Positions 18,581-28,213 of a stretch of 46,200 bases of DNA are shown here, piece by piece. Each line of letters starts with the position of its first letter. Position 1 is the stretch's first letter. Location of the stretch: NCBI GenBank assembly GCA_031372065.1, contig JANMKN010000300.1:1-46200 (forward strand), in the 5' to 3' direction. This DNA comes from Abditibacteriaceae bacterium (GTDB lineage Bacteria > Armatimonadota > Abditibacteriia > Abditibacteriales > Abditibacteriaceae). The notes under the pieces are model-generated. The model saw only the letters and a program-made list of their open reading frames with translations, was not told where the DNA came from and did not search any database. The translations under genes were made by a program, and so were the position numbers.

Positions 18581-21193
18581 TCACGGCTTGCGGATAATGC
18601 GCACCCACGTTGTCGCACTATTGCCCGCACCATCGGTGGCGCTGAGGGGAAAGACGTTTTCGCCGACATTTAAGGGACGCGTAAACATAAAACGCCAGCG
18701 TCCCGCACCGGACGGTTTGAGCGCCAAAAGCGGCAAGCTTTTGCCATCGAATTGAAACGCAGCGATACCGGACGTATCGGCGACAGTGCCAACAATTGTC
18801 GCCACCGAACCACGCAACGACGCGACACGCGCGGCGGGCGATGTCAATTTGAATTCCGGCGGAACGGTGTCTATTTTGGCGCCGCCCAATGCGAAAACGA
18901 GTTTTTCGACGCGCGGCGGCGCGGGGCCAAGTTTATCGGCGACGGTTTGCGTGGTGAGTTGCAATTCGACCTTGGAAAGTTTGGTTTGGCGAGCCACGCG
19001 CAGGCCAAAAGAAACCCAACGGCCACCATAAGGCACGACATTTTCAATGGTTGTCAGCGAAGTCGTCACCAAAACGTCGTTGGTGGCCGAGGTCAGGCGC
19101 ACCGTGGCACGCTTGGCCGTTGTCAGGTTGGTGTTATTCAGCAGCAAACGCAGCACGGCGCTTTCGCCGGCATCAAGTCGCCCGTTGCCGTTGCCAGAAG
19201 TTAATTTGCTTTTTCCATCTAATAATTGGCGGTGCGAAATGGTAAGTTCGGGCGGTAGCGGTGGCACGTTAAAAACCTTGGCGTGCGACACAGCGGCCAA
19301 CACGCCCGATTCCATAACCTTGAGATCAATCGTCTCGAATTTCAAATTGCGCAGTCGGTTGGTCGAGCGCGAAAAAGTGCGAGTCGCTTGGATTTTGGGA
19401 AATGTTGAAGAAAGCGTGCTTTCTTCGGAATCCGCCACATCACGAAACGTGGTTTGGCGCATTTTTTCAAGAATTTGCGCCAACGGCGGCGCGCTCAGGC
19501 GAAAAGTCGCGGTTTTGGTGGCTCCCGGCGCAATCCAACCTAAATAAAGCGAATTGCGACTGAGCGTCAACGGCGACGCGCCCAAATCAAGCGTCAGCAA
19601 ATTTTCATAGCTGGGGCCGCGTCCGGTGTTGGTGACGCGCACTTTTAAAGTCGCCGTTTCGCCGGGATCAAGCGCACCATCGCGGTTGCCTTTTGAATCG
19701 TCCAATGGCAAAGCCGTCACACGCAACTGGCGCGGCGGTTGAAGTCCGGTTTTGGGGCGACGCCCGACTCCAAACGGCTCCCAATCCGTCGCATAATCGC
19801 CGCCGCGATGCTGGGCGCGGCCAAAATCGGCGGCATTAACGGGAAATCCGGTGCGATACGGGTCGCCTTTGAGCGATGTCCACTGGCCCTCGCCACCTTT
19901 CGATGTGATCTCAAACTGCGTAAAAAATCCGCTCGTGCGGCTCGATTCCATCAGATTCGCCACATAGATTTCATATTTTCCATCGTGATCGGCATCGCAT
20001 ATCGCGGGCGTAGCTTCGATAATTTGGCCGAGAGACGCCTGCCACTGCGCTTGTCCGGCAGCGTTGAGAGCCATTAGTTGCCCGGTTTTGGTGGCGAAAA
20101 CGATTTCCTGCCAACCATCACCGTTCAAATCAACAATAAGCGGCGAGCCAGCCAGCGGTGGGCATTCGGCACTCCACACAATGTCGCCGAACGCATTAAT
20201 TGCCGTGATGCTTCCCGCAGGCGAAGGCACTAAAGTTTCGAGTGTGCCGTCGTGGTCGAGATCGCCAACCGCCAGATAAGTGCGGCGCGGTGTTTTCTGC
20301 TCGGCCAATTGCACTTGCCATTTCAAAGTGCCCAAATTGGACAAGCAATAAAAATTGCCGTCGTCCGAAGCACATAGCACTTCGGGTTTGCCATCGCGAT
20401 CAATATCTGCAATAACAGGCGCGGTTTGCACCCATTCTTCGGTGGCGAATTCCCATTTTTTATTGCCTTGTGCATCCAGACAATAAACCTTGTAATCCAT
20501 TGAGCCGAAGACAACTTCCAGCTTGCCGTCGCTTTCAAAGTCGCCCACGGAAACGCCGCCGACAATCCAACTTTTGGTGCTAAAGGCCCATTTGTCTTTG
20601 CCTTCGGAAGTCAGAACGTGCAACTTATTGTCATTGGCCCCAACCAAAATTTCCGGTTTGCCATCGGCGTTGAGATCGGCAATTGTCGGCTGCGAAAAAA
20701 TCGCCTCGCTCAGGGCGCGCCGCCAACGTTCCTTGCCTTCAGGATTGAAGCACAGCAGCGTTTTGCCTTCGGTCAGCAAAATATCGAGCATACCATCGCG
20801 GTTGACATCGCCCAGCGTCACGCCAGTTCGCGCCATGCCAAAATCCGGCACTTCTTCAGGCTCCGGCAAATCCACGCGCCAAACCACGCGCCCGTTGTCG
20901 GTCAAGCGCACCAACTGATTATTGTCAGCCGCTTGAAAAACGATGTCCTGCGCGCCATCCAAATCAAGATCTGCAATGGCCGGAGTCACATCGCCCGCCA
21001 TGCCCAAGGTCAAACGCCACTTCTGAGACGGATAATGACCGGAGCCGTAACCGCTGGCCGGAAGCAACAATTTCCGATGCCCGCGCCGGGCGGCGTGCCC
21101 AACACCACCCACGTTCACCAGCAACAAGCAACATAATCCGCATAGTCCGGCAGGTATGATTCGCATACATGAAACCTTTTGCAGAGATGACAT
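18581..21193 (-). CDS. Secreted FG-GAP/VCBS-repeat beta-propeller protein with C-terminal Ig/CARDB-like domains
   Basis: Repeated P-x-IADLN/D-x-DG-x-x-EI motifs followed by W-x-F; two GNxD/NGxLDxGE modules; C-terminal ATDGAGN Ig-like strand; start may be 21166. Confidence 0.85.
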   Translation of the reverse strand: MSSLQKVSCMRIIPAGLCGLCCLLLVNVGGVGHAARRGHRKLLLPASGYGSGHYPSQKWRLTLGMAGDVTPAIADLDLDGAQDIVFQAADNNQLVRLTDNGRVVWRVDLPEPEEVPDFGMARTGVTLGDVNRDGMLDILLTEGKTLLCFNPEGKERWRRALSEAIFSQPTIADLNADGKPEILVGANDNKLHVLTSEGKDKWAFSTKSWIVGGVSVGDFESDGKLEVVFGSMDYKVYCLDAQGNKKWEFATEEWVQTAPVIADIDRDGKPEVLCASDDGNFYCLSNLGTLKWQVQLAEQKTPRRTYLAVGDLDHDGTLETLVPSPAGSITAINAFGDIVWSAECPPLAGSPLIVDLNGDGWQEIVFATKTGQLMALNAAGQAQWQASLGQIIEATPAICDADHDGKYEIYVANLMESSRTSGFFTQFEITSKGGEGQWTSLKGDPYRTGFPVNAADFGRAQHRGGDYATDWEPFGVGRRPKTGLQPPRQLRVTALPLDDSKGNRDGALDPGETATLKVRVTNTGRGPSYENLLTLDLGASPLTLSRNSLYLGWIAPGATKTATFRLSAPPLAQILEKMRQTTFRDVADSEESTLSSTFPKIQATRTFSRSTNRLRNLKFETIDLKVMESGVLAAVSHAKVFNVPPLPPELTISHRQLLDGKSKLTSGNGNGRLDAGESAVLRLLLNNTNLTTAKRATVRLTSATNDVLVTTSLTTIENVVPYGGRWVSFGLRVARQTKLSKVELQLTTQTVADKLGPAPPRVEKLVFALGGAKIDTVPPEFKLTSPAARVASLRGSVATIVGTVADTSGIAAFQFDGKSLPLLALKPSGAGRWRFMFTRPLNVGENVFPLSATDGAGNSATTWVRIIRKP

Positions 21194-21338
21194 CTCTGAA
21201 TTTCATATAATAATAGCTAAGGTAACGCATGAGTGCAAGGCCCAGCCAGAATATTCAGCCTGAAAAGCTTTGAATCTACCCAAATCTCACTTTCGGTTGA
21301 GGAAAAAGGCTCAAAAGACGCGGTTTATAAGGCGTCTC

Positions 21339-21367
21339 TTGCCGTGCGGTTTGCCCTGTGCTATCCT
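21339..21367 (+). promoter_or_regulatory. Putative sigma70-type promoter for the LysM gene
   Basis: TTGCCG-N17-TATCCT with an extended -10 TG. Confidence 0.4.
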
Positions 21368-21623
21368 CTTGCCGAACTGTCTTTCCCTTGGATGTCGGCC
21401 TGACACTGCACTTTTGAATCTTCTAACAAAGCCGAAGAATGCTGTATTTGCCGTCGAGAAGTTTGAAACATTTGTCAACGGCTTAATCAACACAGGTGCG
21501 GACGTCTTTAATTAAAGCTGACCGGGTATTCATCGGGTCAGAAAGCTAAACGTAAGAGGCCGATATTCAGAATTCATTTCTGACAAAACCATATCCGTGA
21601 AACACGAAAAAGGAAGGCAACCT

Positions 21624-24113
21624 ATGCAGTCACTGGTGCAATTACCGGATGGACACGAACTGCAAGAAACTGCACACGCTGCGGTTCCCGTGAGCGATTT
21701 GGCGAGCGATTCGATGGGTGAAACATCGCGTCGCTGGGCGAATTTGTTGGCTTGTGGCGCTCTCACGCCCGGCCTGCTTTCAATGCTGGCGCTATCCGTG
21801 GGTTTTGGCAGCATACTGGCGCTTTCATCCGCCGTGCAAGCCGAGCCGACACTCTTGGCCGCCAACGAAGCTACGGGGCCTCTTGTGGCTTTTCAGCAGC
21901 CCACACACGCCGATCAGCTAAGTGGTAAGGCGCAAATTGGCATTTCCATCCGGGGCCGCCGTTATCCCGCGAAATGGATTGAACTTTTGGTTGATGACTA
22001 CGCGGCGACCAAAGGTGGCCCGGTGCAACTGGACGCTGCCATGCTGCCCATTTCGCATTTCGAGTGGGACACCAGAGTCTACGCCGATGGTCCGCACAAA
22101 CTTTCCGTTATCGTCACCGATAGTCAAGGTTTCAAAGGCCGTTCGGATGTGCAGGTTTACATCAATAACAAAGGCGGAGCCGATATCATTCCGCCCACAG
22201 TGCGCTGGGTAAATGTGCGTAACGGCGATGTGCTACGCGGCGATGTGCCGGTGCAAGTTGATGCTACCGACAACTTTGGCGTCAAGTGGGTCATTGTTTC
22301 GCTTAATCCAGCGATTTCGCCGACCATGAAACCGGCCCTGCGCGGCGCCTTGCTCAACATCCCGCCTTATATTTTTCGTTTGAACACGGCGGGTTTGCCC
22401 GCCAGTCGTTACGTTTTGAACGCCGAAGCCTTCGATGCTCTCGACAATGTGGGCAAAGCACCGCCCATCGAAGTGCTGATTGGAAATGGCAATTACACCT
22501 ACGCTGGCCCACAAGTGCCTGATCCACCTAAATCAGTCATTGATATTCCTCCAACTGGGCCGTCTGGCGGCGAGGGGACGGCGAATAAGACAACCACAGT
22601 TGTAGCCGAGGGGCTGGAAAACTCTGCGACGCCCAAAGCCATGCCACCCTCGGTTAATCGGGGCACGCGCGATGGCAGTGCCGTCAGCGCTTTGCCAGAT
22701 GCGCCGAGCACAAATCCGTTGCCAGAAAGAGCATCAGCCCAATCGCGTCTTGTGGCCGCCATTCCCACAGGTGAAGCGCGCTCAATGCCGGCAACGGTCA
22801 AAATGACGCGCGCCGCTTCGCAGCTTGCTGGTGCTTCGTCTGTGCCTGTGTTGCCTTCTGAAACGCGTCTGTCAACGCGGTCAACGCGTGTGGCAAAACT
22901 CAATGCAGCCCAACCCGATGGCGCATGGCGCACAATGCCGCGTGCGGGAGATGTCGCTGCCCCATCCCGCAATGTCGCAACCTTGCCACCGCTTACAGCG
23001 CCAGTCGCTTCCACAAATACGGTTCGCACTACGCGCAGCGCACAAAGCAGTTTGCCGCAAGCGGAAAATCGCGTTGCCGTGGCACCACCAGTCAACGATG
23101 TTCAGCCTCGCAATGCCGCTACAACACCGCAGCTTTCTCGTAGCGCCTCGGCATCCGTAGCGAGCAATGTGGCGCGCGGCGAATCGCACGCTGTCAAAGC
23201 ACCGCTTAATATCGCGAAACTGGCCTCAATGCCCGGCGGCACACCGCGTGCGTTACCTCAAGCCGCGCTATTACCCCAATTGACTCAGCGTTCGAACCAG
23301 CCAACCAGCGGCATCGCGCGTCCGTTCCCCGCTACCAAAGCGCGTCCGGCACTCGGCCCGACGTTGGCTGTTTTACCAGCGCAAGTCAAGATTTATCCCG
23401 CATTGCCGTCGCCCAATCTGACGCCGAAGATCACTGTCCATAGCACGCAGAATAGCCGCAGTTCGGTGCCTACGTTGCCGACAATTCCGGCTCCGCTACT
23501 GGCGATGAATCCGCCGATGCCTAAAAATGGCGCTTTGCGGCCTTTGGAATCCATAACTGTCGCGCCGGTAGCCCAATGGGGCACCCACGCCGAGGTTTTG
23601 CCCATCACACACACTGTTTTGCGCAACGAAAGCCTGACTTCCATTGCGCGACGCTACAAGATGCCAGTCGCGGTCTTGGCGGCAGCCAACAACTTGAAGA
23701 TGACTTCCGGCTTGCAAACCGGCGCAAAGCTGAATTTGCCGCGCGCTTTGCAAGTGACTTATGGCGGACAAGCGGTGAAAGCCGATACATCTTCGTTTAT
23801 GATGGGCACAGTTGGCGTCACGCCGTTCCGCTTTCTGTTTGAAAAGCAGGGCGGCAAGTTGGATTGGAATGCAAAAACCCGCAAAGTGACCGCTAAAGGG
23901 CCGCAGGGCAGCGTCGAATTGACTATTGGTAGCCGCAGCGCCGTGGTCAACGAAAAAGAAACCCTAATGGATTTGGCCGCGTTCTTGATGAGTGGCCGCA
24001 CCATTGTGCCGGTGCGCTTCTTCGAGCAGGCTTTGCATGCCCAAGTCGAATGGGACCCAGCCACAGGTCGTCTTTATGTCGCGATGACTGGCCCCGCTTC
24101 GACTAAAGGCTAA
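21624..24113 (+). CDS. Cell-envelope protein: two Ig-like (Big) domains, long Pro/Ala/Ser/Thr linker, LysM, copper amine oxidase N-terminal (stalk) domain
   Basis: WDTRVYADGPHKLSV and ATDNFGV Ig motifs; HTVLRNESLTSIARRY...LAAANNL LysM; GRTIVPVRFFEQALHAQVEWD stalk domain; aggaagg RBS before ATG 21624. Confidence 0.85.
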   Translation: MQSLVQLPDGHELQETAHAAVPVSDLASDSMGETSRRWANLLACGALTPGLLSMLALSVGFGSILALSSAVQAEPTLLAANEATGPLVAFQQPTHADQLSGKAQIGISIRGRRYPAKWIELLVDDYAATKGGPVQLDAAMLPISHFEWDTRVYADGPHKLSVIVTDSQGFKGRSDVQVYINNKGGADIIPPTVRWVNVRNGDVLRGDVPVQVDATDNFGVKWVIVSLNPAISPTMKPALRGALLNIPPYIFRLNTAGLPASRYVLNAEAFDALDNVGKAPPIEVLIGNGNYTYAGPQVPDPPKSVIDIPPTGPSGGEGTANKTTTVVAEGLENSATPKAMPPSVNRGTRDGSAVSALPDAPSTNPLPERASAQSRLVAAIPTGEARSMPATVKMTRAASQLAGASSVPVLPSETRLSTRSTRVAKLNAAQPDGAWRTMPRAGDVAAPSRNVATLPPLTAPVASTNTVRTTRSAQSSLPQAENRVAVAPPVNDVQPRNAATTPQLSRSASASVASNVARGESHAVKAPLNIAKLASMPGGTPRALPQAALLPQLTQRSNQPTSGIARPFPATKARPALGPTLAVLPAQVKIYPALPSPNLTPKITVHSTQNSRSSVPTLPTIPAPLLAMNPPMPKNGALRPLESITVAPVAQWGTHAEVLPITHTVLRNESLTSIARRYKMPVAVLAAANNLKMTSGLQTGAKLNLPRALQVTYGGQAVKADTSSFMMGTVGVTPFRFLFEKQGGKLDWNAKTRKVTAKGPQGSVELTIGSRSAVVNEKETLMDLAAFLMSGRTIVPVRFFEQALHAQVEWDPATGRLYVAMTGPASTKG

Positions 24114-24154
24114 TTCAAGGCTGGCGTTGTAAAAACGAAGCGTTGTTTGCAAAT

Positions 24155-24194
24155 AAAGAAGGAGCATTCCTCAGGGGATGCTCCTTCTTTTGTT
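24155..24194 (+). terminator. Rho-independent terminator after the LysM gene
   Basis: aaagaaggagcat...atgctccttcttt stem followed by tgtt. Confidence 0.75.
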
Positions 24195-24279
24195 GGAAGC
24201 AGCAAGTATTTCCAAAATTCAATCTCAGAAACCAAGCGTGATGCAATCTTCTCTTCATTCCGTAATTCAAGCGCCGGGC

Positions 24280-25662
24280 ATGATGCCTCTGGCGGATAAT
24301 TCAGACCTTCCCGAACGGGCCGCACGCATTGTTTGCAAGTTCGGCGGCACATCTTTGGCCGATGCAGAGCAAATCAGCAAAGTTGCCGCCATTGTGCGAG
24401 CCGACTCGCGTCGGCGTTTTGTGGTGGTTTCGGCACCGGGCAAACGTAACCGTGACGACCAGAAAGTCACCGACTTATTACTCGCTTGCTGGCAGTTGGC
24501 CTCGCAGCATCTCAAATACACCGAGCCGCTCGGCATTATTCGCGAACGTTACAACCAAATCGCGCTCGAACTGGATGTGGCGACGTTAGATGAGCCGCTG
24601 ACTGAACTCGAACGCGAACTGGAAAAATTAGTTTCCGGCCAGCCTTCGTTAGCCTCGCGCGATTGGGTGGCCTCGCGGGGCGAATTCTTTCATGCCTGCT
24701 TGATCGCCGATTATTTGCACGCCGACTTCGTGCCGGCGGGTGAGTGCATTGTGTTTGACGAACGGGGTCGCTTGAATCCGGTTACCTACGGCAATTTAGC
24801 GGCGCGCATGGCGCGCGAAGACTGCCTTTATGTCGTGCCCGGCTTTTATGGCCGCGACGCGCAAGGGCGCATCAAAGTCTTTCCGCGCGGTGGCAGCGAC
24901 ATCACGGGCGCAGTGGTGGCGCGTGCTATTGGCGCACAAGTGTATGAAAACTGGACGGATGTTTCGGGCTTGCTAATGGCCGATCCCCGCGTGGTCGAAA
25001 ACCCGCAGCCCATCGGCGAAGTCACTTATCGTGAGTTACGCGAATTGTCCTATATGGGAGCCAGCGTTTTGCATGAAGAAACTATATTTCCAGCCTCGGA
25101 AGCCGAAATTCCCATCAACATTCGCAATACCAATGCGCCGGATGCGCCCGGAACATGGATTGTGCCCTCACGCCAAGATACGCAGCCTTTAGTTGGCATC
25201 GCAGGCCGCAAAGGGTTTACGATGATATACATCGAAAAAGCCTTGATGAACACGCAACTCGGCTTTGGCCGCCGCGCATTGGAAGTGTTTGAATCGCATC
25301 GCGTCTCGTGGGAACATATGCCTTCGGCCATTGATTCGATGTCTATCATTGTGGCCGACGAAGAACTGCAAGAAGAAAACGGCGCCAGCAAATTGCCGGC
25401 GATCATGGAAGAGTTAGAACGCGTGCTGGAACCAGACCGCCTTGAAGCCGAAACCGACTTCGCCATGATAGCCACTGTCGGCCAAGGCATGAACCATCGC
25501 GTTGGCGTGGCAGGCGACCTTTTTGCGGCTCTCAAAGCGGCTAAGGTCAATGTGCGTATGATTTCACAAGGCGCTTCTGAAATCAACATCATCACGGGCG
25601 TGGCCGCGTCTGACTATGAACGAACGGTTAAAGCCATCTATGAAGCGTTTGTTGAACGCTAA
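24280..25662 (+). CDS. lysC: Aspartate kinase (two C-terminal ACT domains)
   Basis: CKFGGTSLAD, VVVSAPGKR, FPRGGSDITG, YENWTDVSG, ELSYMGASVLH, RMISQGASEINI; start uncertain (ORF-track start 24178 falls in the terminator). Confidence 0.92.
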   Translation: MMPLADNSDLPERAARIVCKFGGTSLADAEQISKVAAIVRADSRRRFVVVSAPGKRNRDDQKVTDLLLACWQLASQHLKYTEPLGIIRERYNQIALELDVATLDEPLTELERELEKLVSGQPSLASRDWVASRGEFFHACLIADYLHADFVPAGECIVFDERGRLNPVTYGNLAARMAREDCLYVVPGFYGRDAQGRIKVFPRGGSDITGAVVARAIGAQVYENWTDVSGLLMADPRVVENPQPIGEVTYRELRELSYMGASVLHEETIFPASEAEIPINIRNTNAPDAPGTWIVPSRQDTQPLVGIAGRKGFTMIYIEKALMNTQLGFGRRALEVFESHRVSWEHMPSAIDSMSIIVADEELQEENGASKLPAIMEELERVLEPDRLEAETDFAMIATVGQGMNHRVGVAGDLFAALKAAKVNVRMISQGASEINIITGVAASDYERTVKAIYEAFVER

Positions 25663-25783
25663 AACGATAAACATTATTGGGATTAGGCATGCCGCTCCCC
25701 AATGATTGCAAAAAACCACAAAGCAGGGTTGTATGTAGCCACTCATTGCTGATTAACCGTCTGATCATCATCAATCAAGCGCA

Positions 25784-25990
25784 AAAAGCACCTGTCACGC
25801 CCGTGACAGGTGCTTTTGTTGCTCGAAAGTCATTCTCACGCCCGTGACAACGACTTTTGACGCTCGAAAGTCATTCTCACGGGCGTGACAGGTGCTTTTT
25901 GCTGCTCAAAAGTCATTCTCACGGGCGTGGCAAGTGCTTTTAAGCGTCAAAAGTCATTCTCACGCCCGTGACAACAGCTTTTGAGCAGCA
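25784..25990. repeat. Array 2 of 41-bp palindromic units (5 units)
   Basis: CACG-(CC/GG)-CGTG cores at 25796, 25837, 25878, 25920, 25961; first unit is the perfect aaaagcacctgtcacg-cc-cgtgacaggtgctttt. Confidence 0.95.
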
Positions 25991-26098
25991 ATATAGCGTT
26001 TGCTTTCTATAGCGTGTAACTGCTTGAAGGCTACAAACGGATACTCATTCCCAATTATGTCTCATCAAATAAGGCCGCTTTTGGCACGTTGGAATTGC

Positions 26099-27313
26099 TT
26101 ACTGATAGCGCAAGGCTTCAATGGGGTCGAGTTGCGCGGCTTTATAAGCCGGATAAACACCAAAGACGATGCCGATAGTGGCCGAAGAGAAAAAGGCCAC
26201 GGCTACCCACACGGACGAAACCAAAGTGGGCCAGCCCAGCCATGTGCCAATGGCGCCCGAAAGTCCAACACCCGCCGCGATGCCAATCAAGCCGCCCAAA
26301 ATGCTGAGAGTCATGCTTTCGATAAGAAATTGAAACAAAATATCGTTGTTACGCGCTCCGACGGCTTTGCGAATGCCGATTTCGCGCGTGCGCTCGGTGA
26401 CGCTGACCAACATGATGTTCATAATGCTGATGCCGCCCACCAAAAGCGCCACGGCGGCGATGCCGGACAGCAAAAATGTGAATGCTTGGCCAGCTTGTTC
26501 TTGGGTTTCCATGAACTCAGCCTGCGTGCGAATGTTGAAATCACTATCGGCGCTGGGCAGCAATTTATGCGACTTGCGCATGGCTTTTTCGATTTCGCTG
26601 ACCGCGCGGGCGCTTTGATCCATGCTTTTCACTTGCGCCGTAATGCGACTCACGCTGTCCGAACCAAAAATCTGCTTCATGCCGGTAGTAATGGGCACAT
26701 AAATCTGGTCGTCCGGGTCGCCAAAAAGCGCGTTGCCTTTAAGCGCCATGATGCCGATGATTTTGAAAGTGATGCCGCGAATGCGCAAACTGCGACCAAT
26801 CGGCGCCGCGCCGGGAAACAAAGTATCCGCTGTCTTTTTGCCGACAACGCACACTTTTTTCATGCCTTTTACGTCTTTATCGTCGAGAAAAACGCCGCTT
26901 TCGATTTTAAAGCTGCGAATCTGCGGATATTCCGGCCCGGTGCACATGATAGTCGTGTTGGTGTTTTGATTGCCGTATTTCGCCTGTGCCGAGCGCGAAA
27001 GTTCGGGAATGACAGCCACCACCGACGGGCAGTTTTCGCGCACAGCGTCCACATCTTTCAAGGTCAGCGATTGCGACGAGCCTTGCCCAAAAGAAACCGC
27101 ACCGCGCCGTTGCTGACCCGAAAAAACGGTGATAGTGTTGCTGCCCAGCGTCTGGATTTTGTCAATCACATCTTGTCGCGAGCCGTCGCCAATCGCCGTG
27201 CCGACAATCACCGCCAACACGCCAATAATAATGCCCAACATCGTGAGCGACGAGCGCAATTTATTGGCGACCAAGCCTTGCAACGCCACTAAAATGTTTT
27301 CCAACAGGTTCAT
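26099..27313 (-). CDS. MacB/FtsX-family ABC transporter permease
   Basis: NKLRSSLTMLGIIIGV, LLVGGISIMNIMLVSVTERTREIGIRKAVGA, PAYKAAQLDPIEALRY. Confidence 0.95.
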   Translation of the reverse strand: MNLLENILVALQGLVANKLRSSLTMLGIIIGVLAVIVGTAIGDGSRQDVIDKIQTLGSNTITVFSGQQRRGAVSFGQGSSQSLTLKDVDAVRENCPSVVAVIPELSRSAQAKYGNQNTNTTIMCTGPEYPQIRSFKIESGVFLDDKDVKGMKKVCVVGKKTADTLFPGAAPIGRSLRIRGITFKIIGIMALKGNALFGDPDDQIYVPITTGMKQIFGSDSVSRITAQVKSMDQSARAVSEIEKAMRKSHKLLPSADSDFNIRTQAEFMETQEQAGQAFTFLLSGIAAVALLVGGISIMNIMLVSVTERTREIGIRKAVGARNNDILFQFLIESMTLSILGGLIGIAAGVGLSGAIGTWLGWPTLVSSVWVAVAFFSSATIGIVFGVYPAYKAAQLDPIEALRYQ

Positions 27314-27332
27314 AATGTTTTTAATCAGACAC

Positions 27333-27391
27333 AACCCCATCCCCGGCCCTTCCCCTTCGCCGTTTCAAGGGGAAGGGCCGGGGATGGGGTT
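27333..27391. repeat. 25-bp perfect C-rich/G-rich inverted repeat inside the operon
   Basis: aaccccatccccggcccttcccctt / aaggggaagggccggggatggggtt, 9-nt loop. Confidence 0.88.
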
Positions 27392-28132
27392 TTAGTCGTC
27401 TTCTTCGGGCGGCATGGCATCTAAAACGTCCTGCGCCATGATTTGCGTTTTAACTGGTTCGTCGCTGGTGAGGCGGCCATCGCGAAAGCGCACGATGCGT
27501 GTGGCGTGTTGGGCGATGTCTGGTTCGTGCGTGACCATCACGATGCTTTTGCCTTGCGCGTTTAATCCTTGAAATATCGCCATGATTTCTTCGCCCTGCC
27601 GCGATGCTAAAGCGCCGGTAGGTTCGTCAGCCAAAATCAAAACCGGCTCGTTGACTAAAGCACGCGCAATCGCCACCCGCTGTTGCTGTCCGCCGGAAAG
27701 CTCGGTGGGCTTGTGCCCGCCGCGTTCGGCCAATCCAACGGAAGCTAACGCGGTTTGGGCGCGTTCGTGGCGTGTGGCTGGGTCGGCACCCGCATACAGC
27801 AATGGCAATTCGACATTATGCAAGGCAGTCGAACGATTGAGCAGATTGAAATTCTGAAAAACAAAACCAATTTTGCGATTGCGAATGACGGCTAAGTCAT
27901 CTTGAATCAATTCGCCGACTTCTTCGCCGTCGAGTTTGTAGGAACCCTCCGAGGCGCGATCAAGACAGCCGATTAAGTTCATAAACGTGCTTTTGCCGCA
28001 ACCGCTCGGCCCCATGATAGCGACGAATTCGCCCGGTTCGATGCGCAAACTCACGCCGCGCAAGGCATGAACGCGCACATCGCCCATGATGTAGCTTTTG
28101 TGCAAGTCGGTAACTTCGATAATGGCGGGCAT
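27392..28132 (-). CDS. ABC transporter ATP-binding protein (LolD/MacB family)
   Basis: [47 protein letters not shown]. Confidence 0.95.
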   Translation of the reverse strand: MPAIIEVTDLHKSYIMGDVRVHALRGVSLRIEPGEFVAIMGPSGCGKSTFMNLIGCLDRASEGSYKLDGEEVGELIQDDLAVIRNRKIGFVFQNFNLLNRSTALHNVELPLLYAGADPATRHERAQTALASVGLAERGGHKPTELSGGQQQRVAIARALVNEPVLILADEPTGALASRQGEEIMAIFQGLNAQGKSIVMVTHEPDIAQHATRIVRFRDGRLTSDEPVKTQIMAQDVLDAMPPEEDD

Positions 28133-28138
28133 TTTTCA

Positions 28139-28210
28139 GAGTTTTGAGTTAGGAGTTTTGAGTTAGGAGTTGATTTGCAACTCAAAGTTCCTAACTCAAA
28201 ACTCCTAACT
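28139..28210. repeat. Inverted block of 7-nt tandem repeats (STRR-like)
   Basis: gagtttt-gagttag-gagtttt-gagttag-gagttg facing caactc-aaagttc-ctaactc-aaaactc-ctaact. Confidence 0.85.
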
Positions 28211-28213
28211 GCC

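Noticed and set aside
24114..24280. Lysine riboswitch upstream of aspartate kinase
   Set aside because: The region is too short and lacks recognisable L-box motifs; the hairpin is better explained as the LysM gene terminator.
26000..27292. 430-aa plus-strand ORF
   Set aside because: Antisense shadow of the clearly recognisable MacB-type permease; no motifs.
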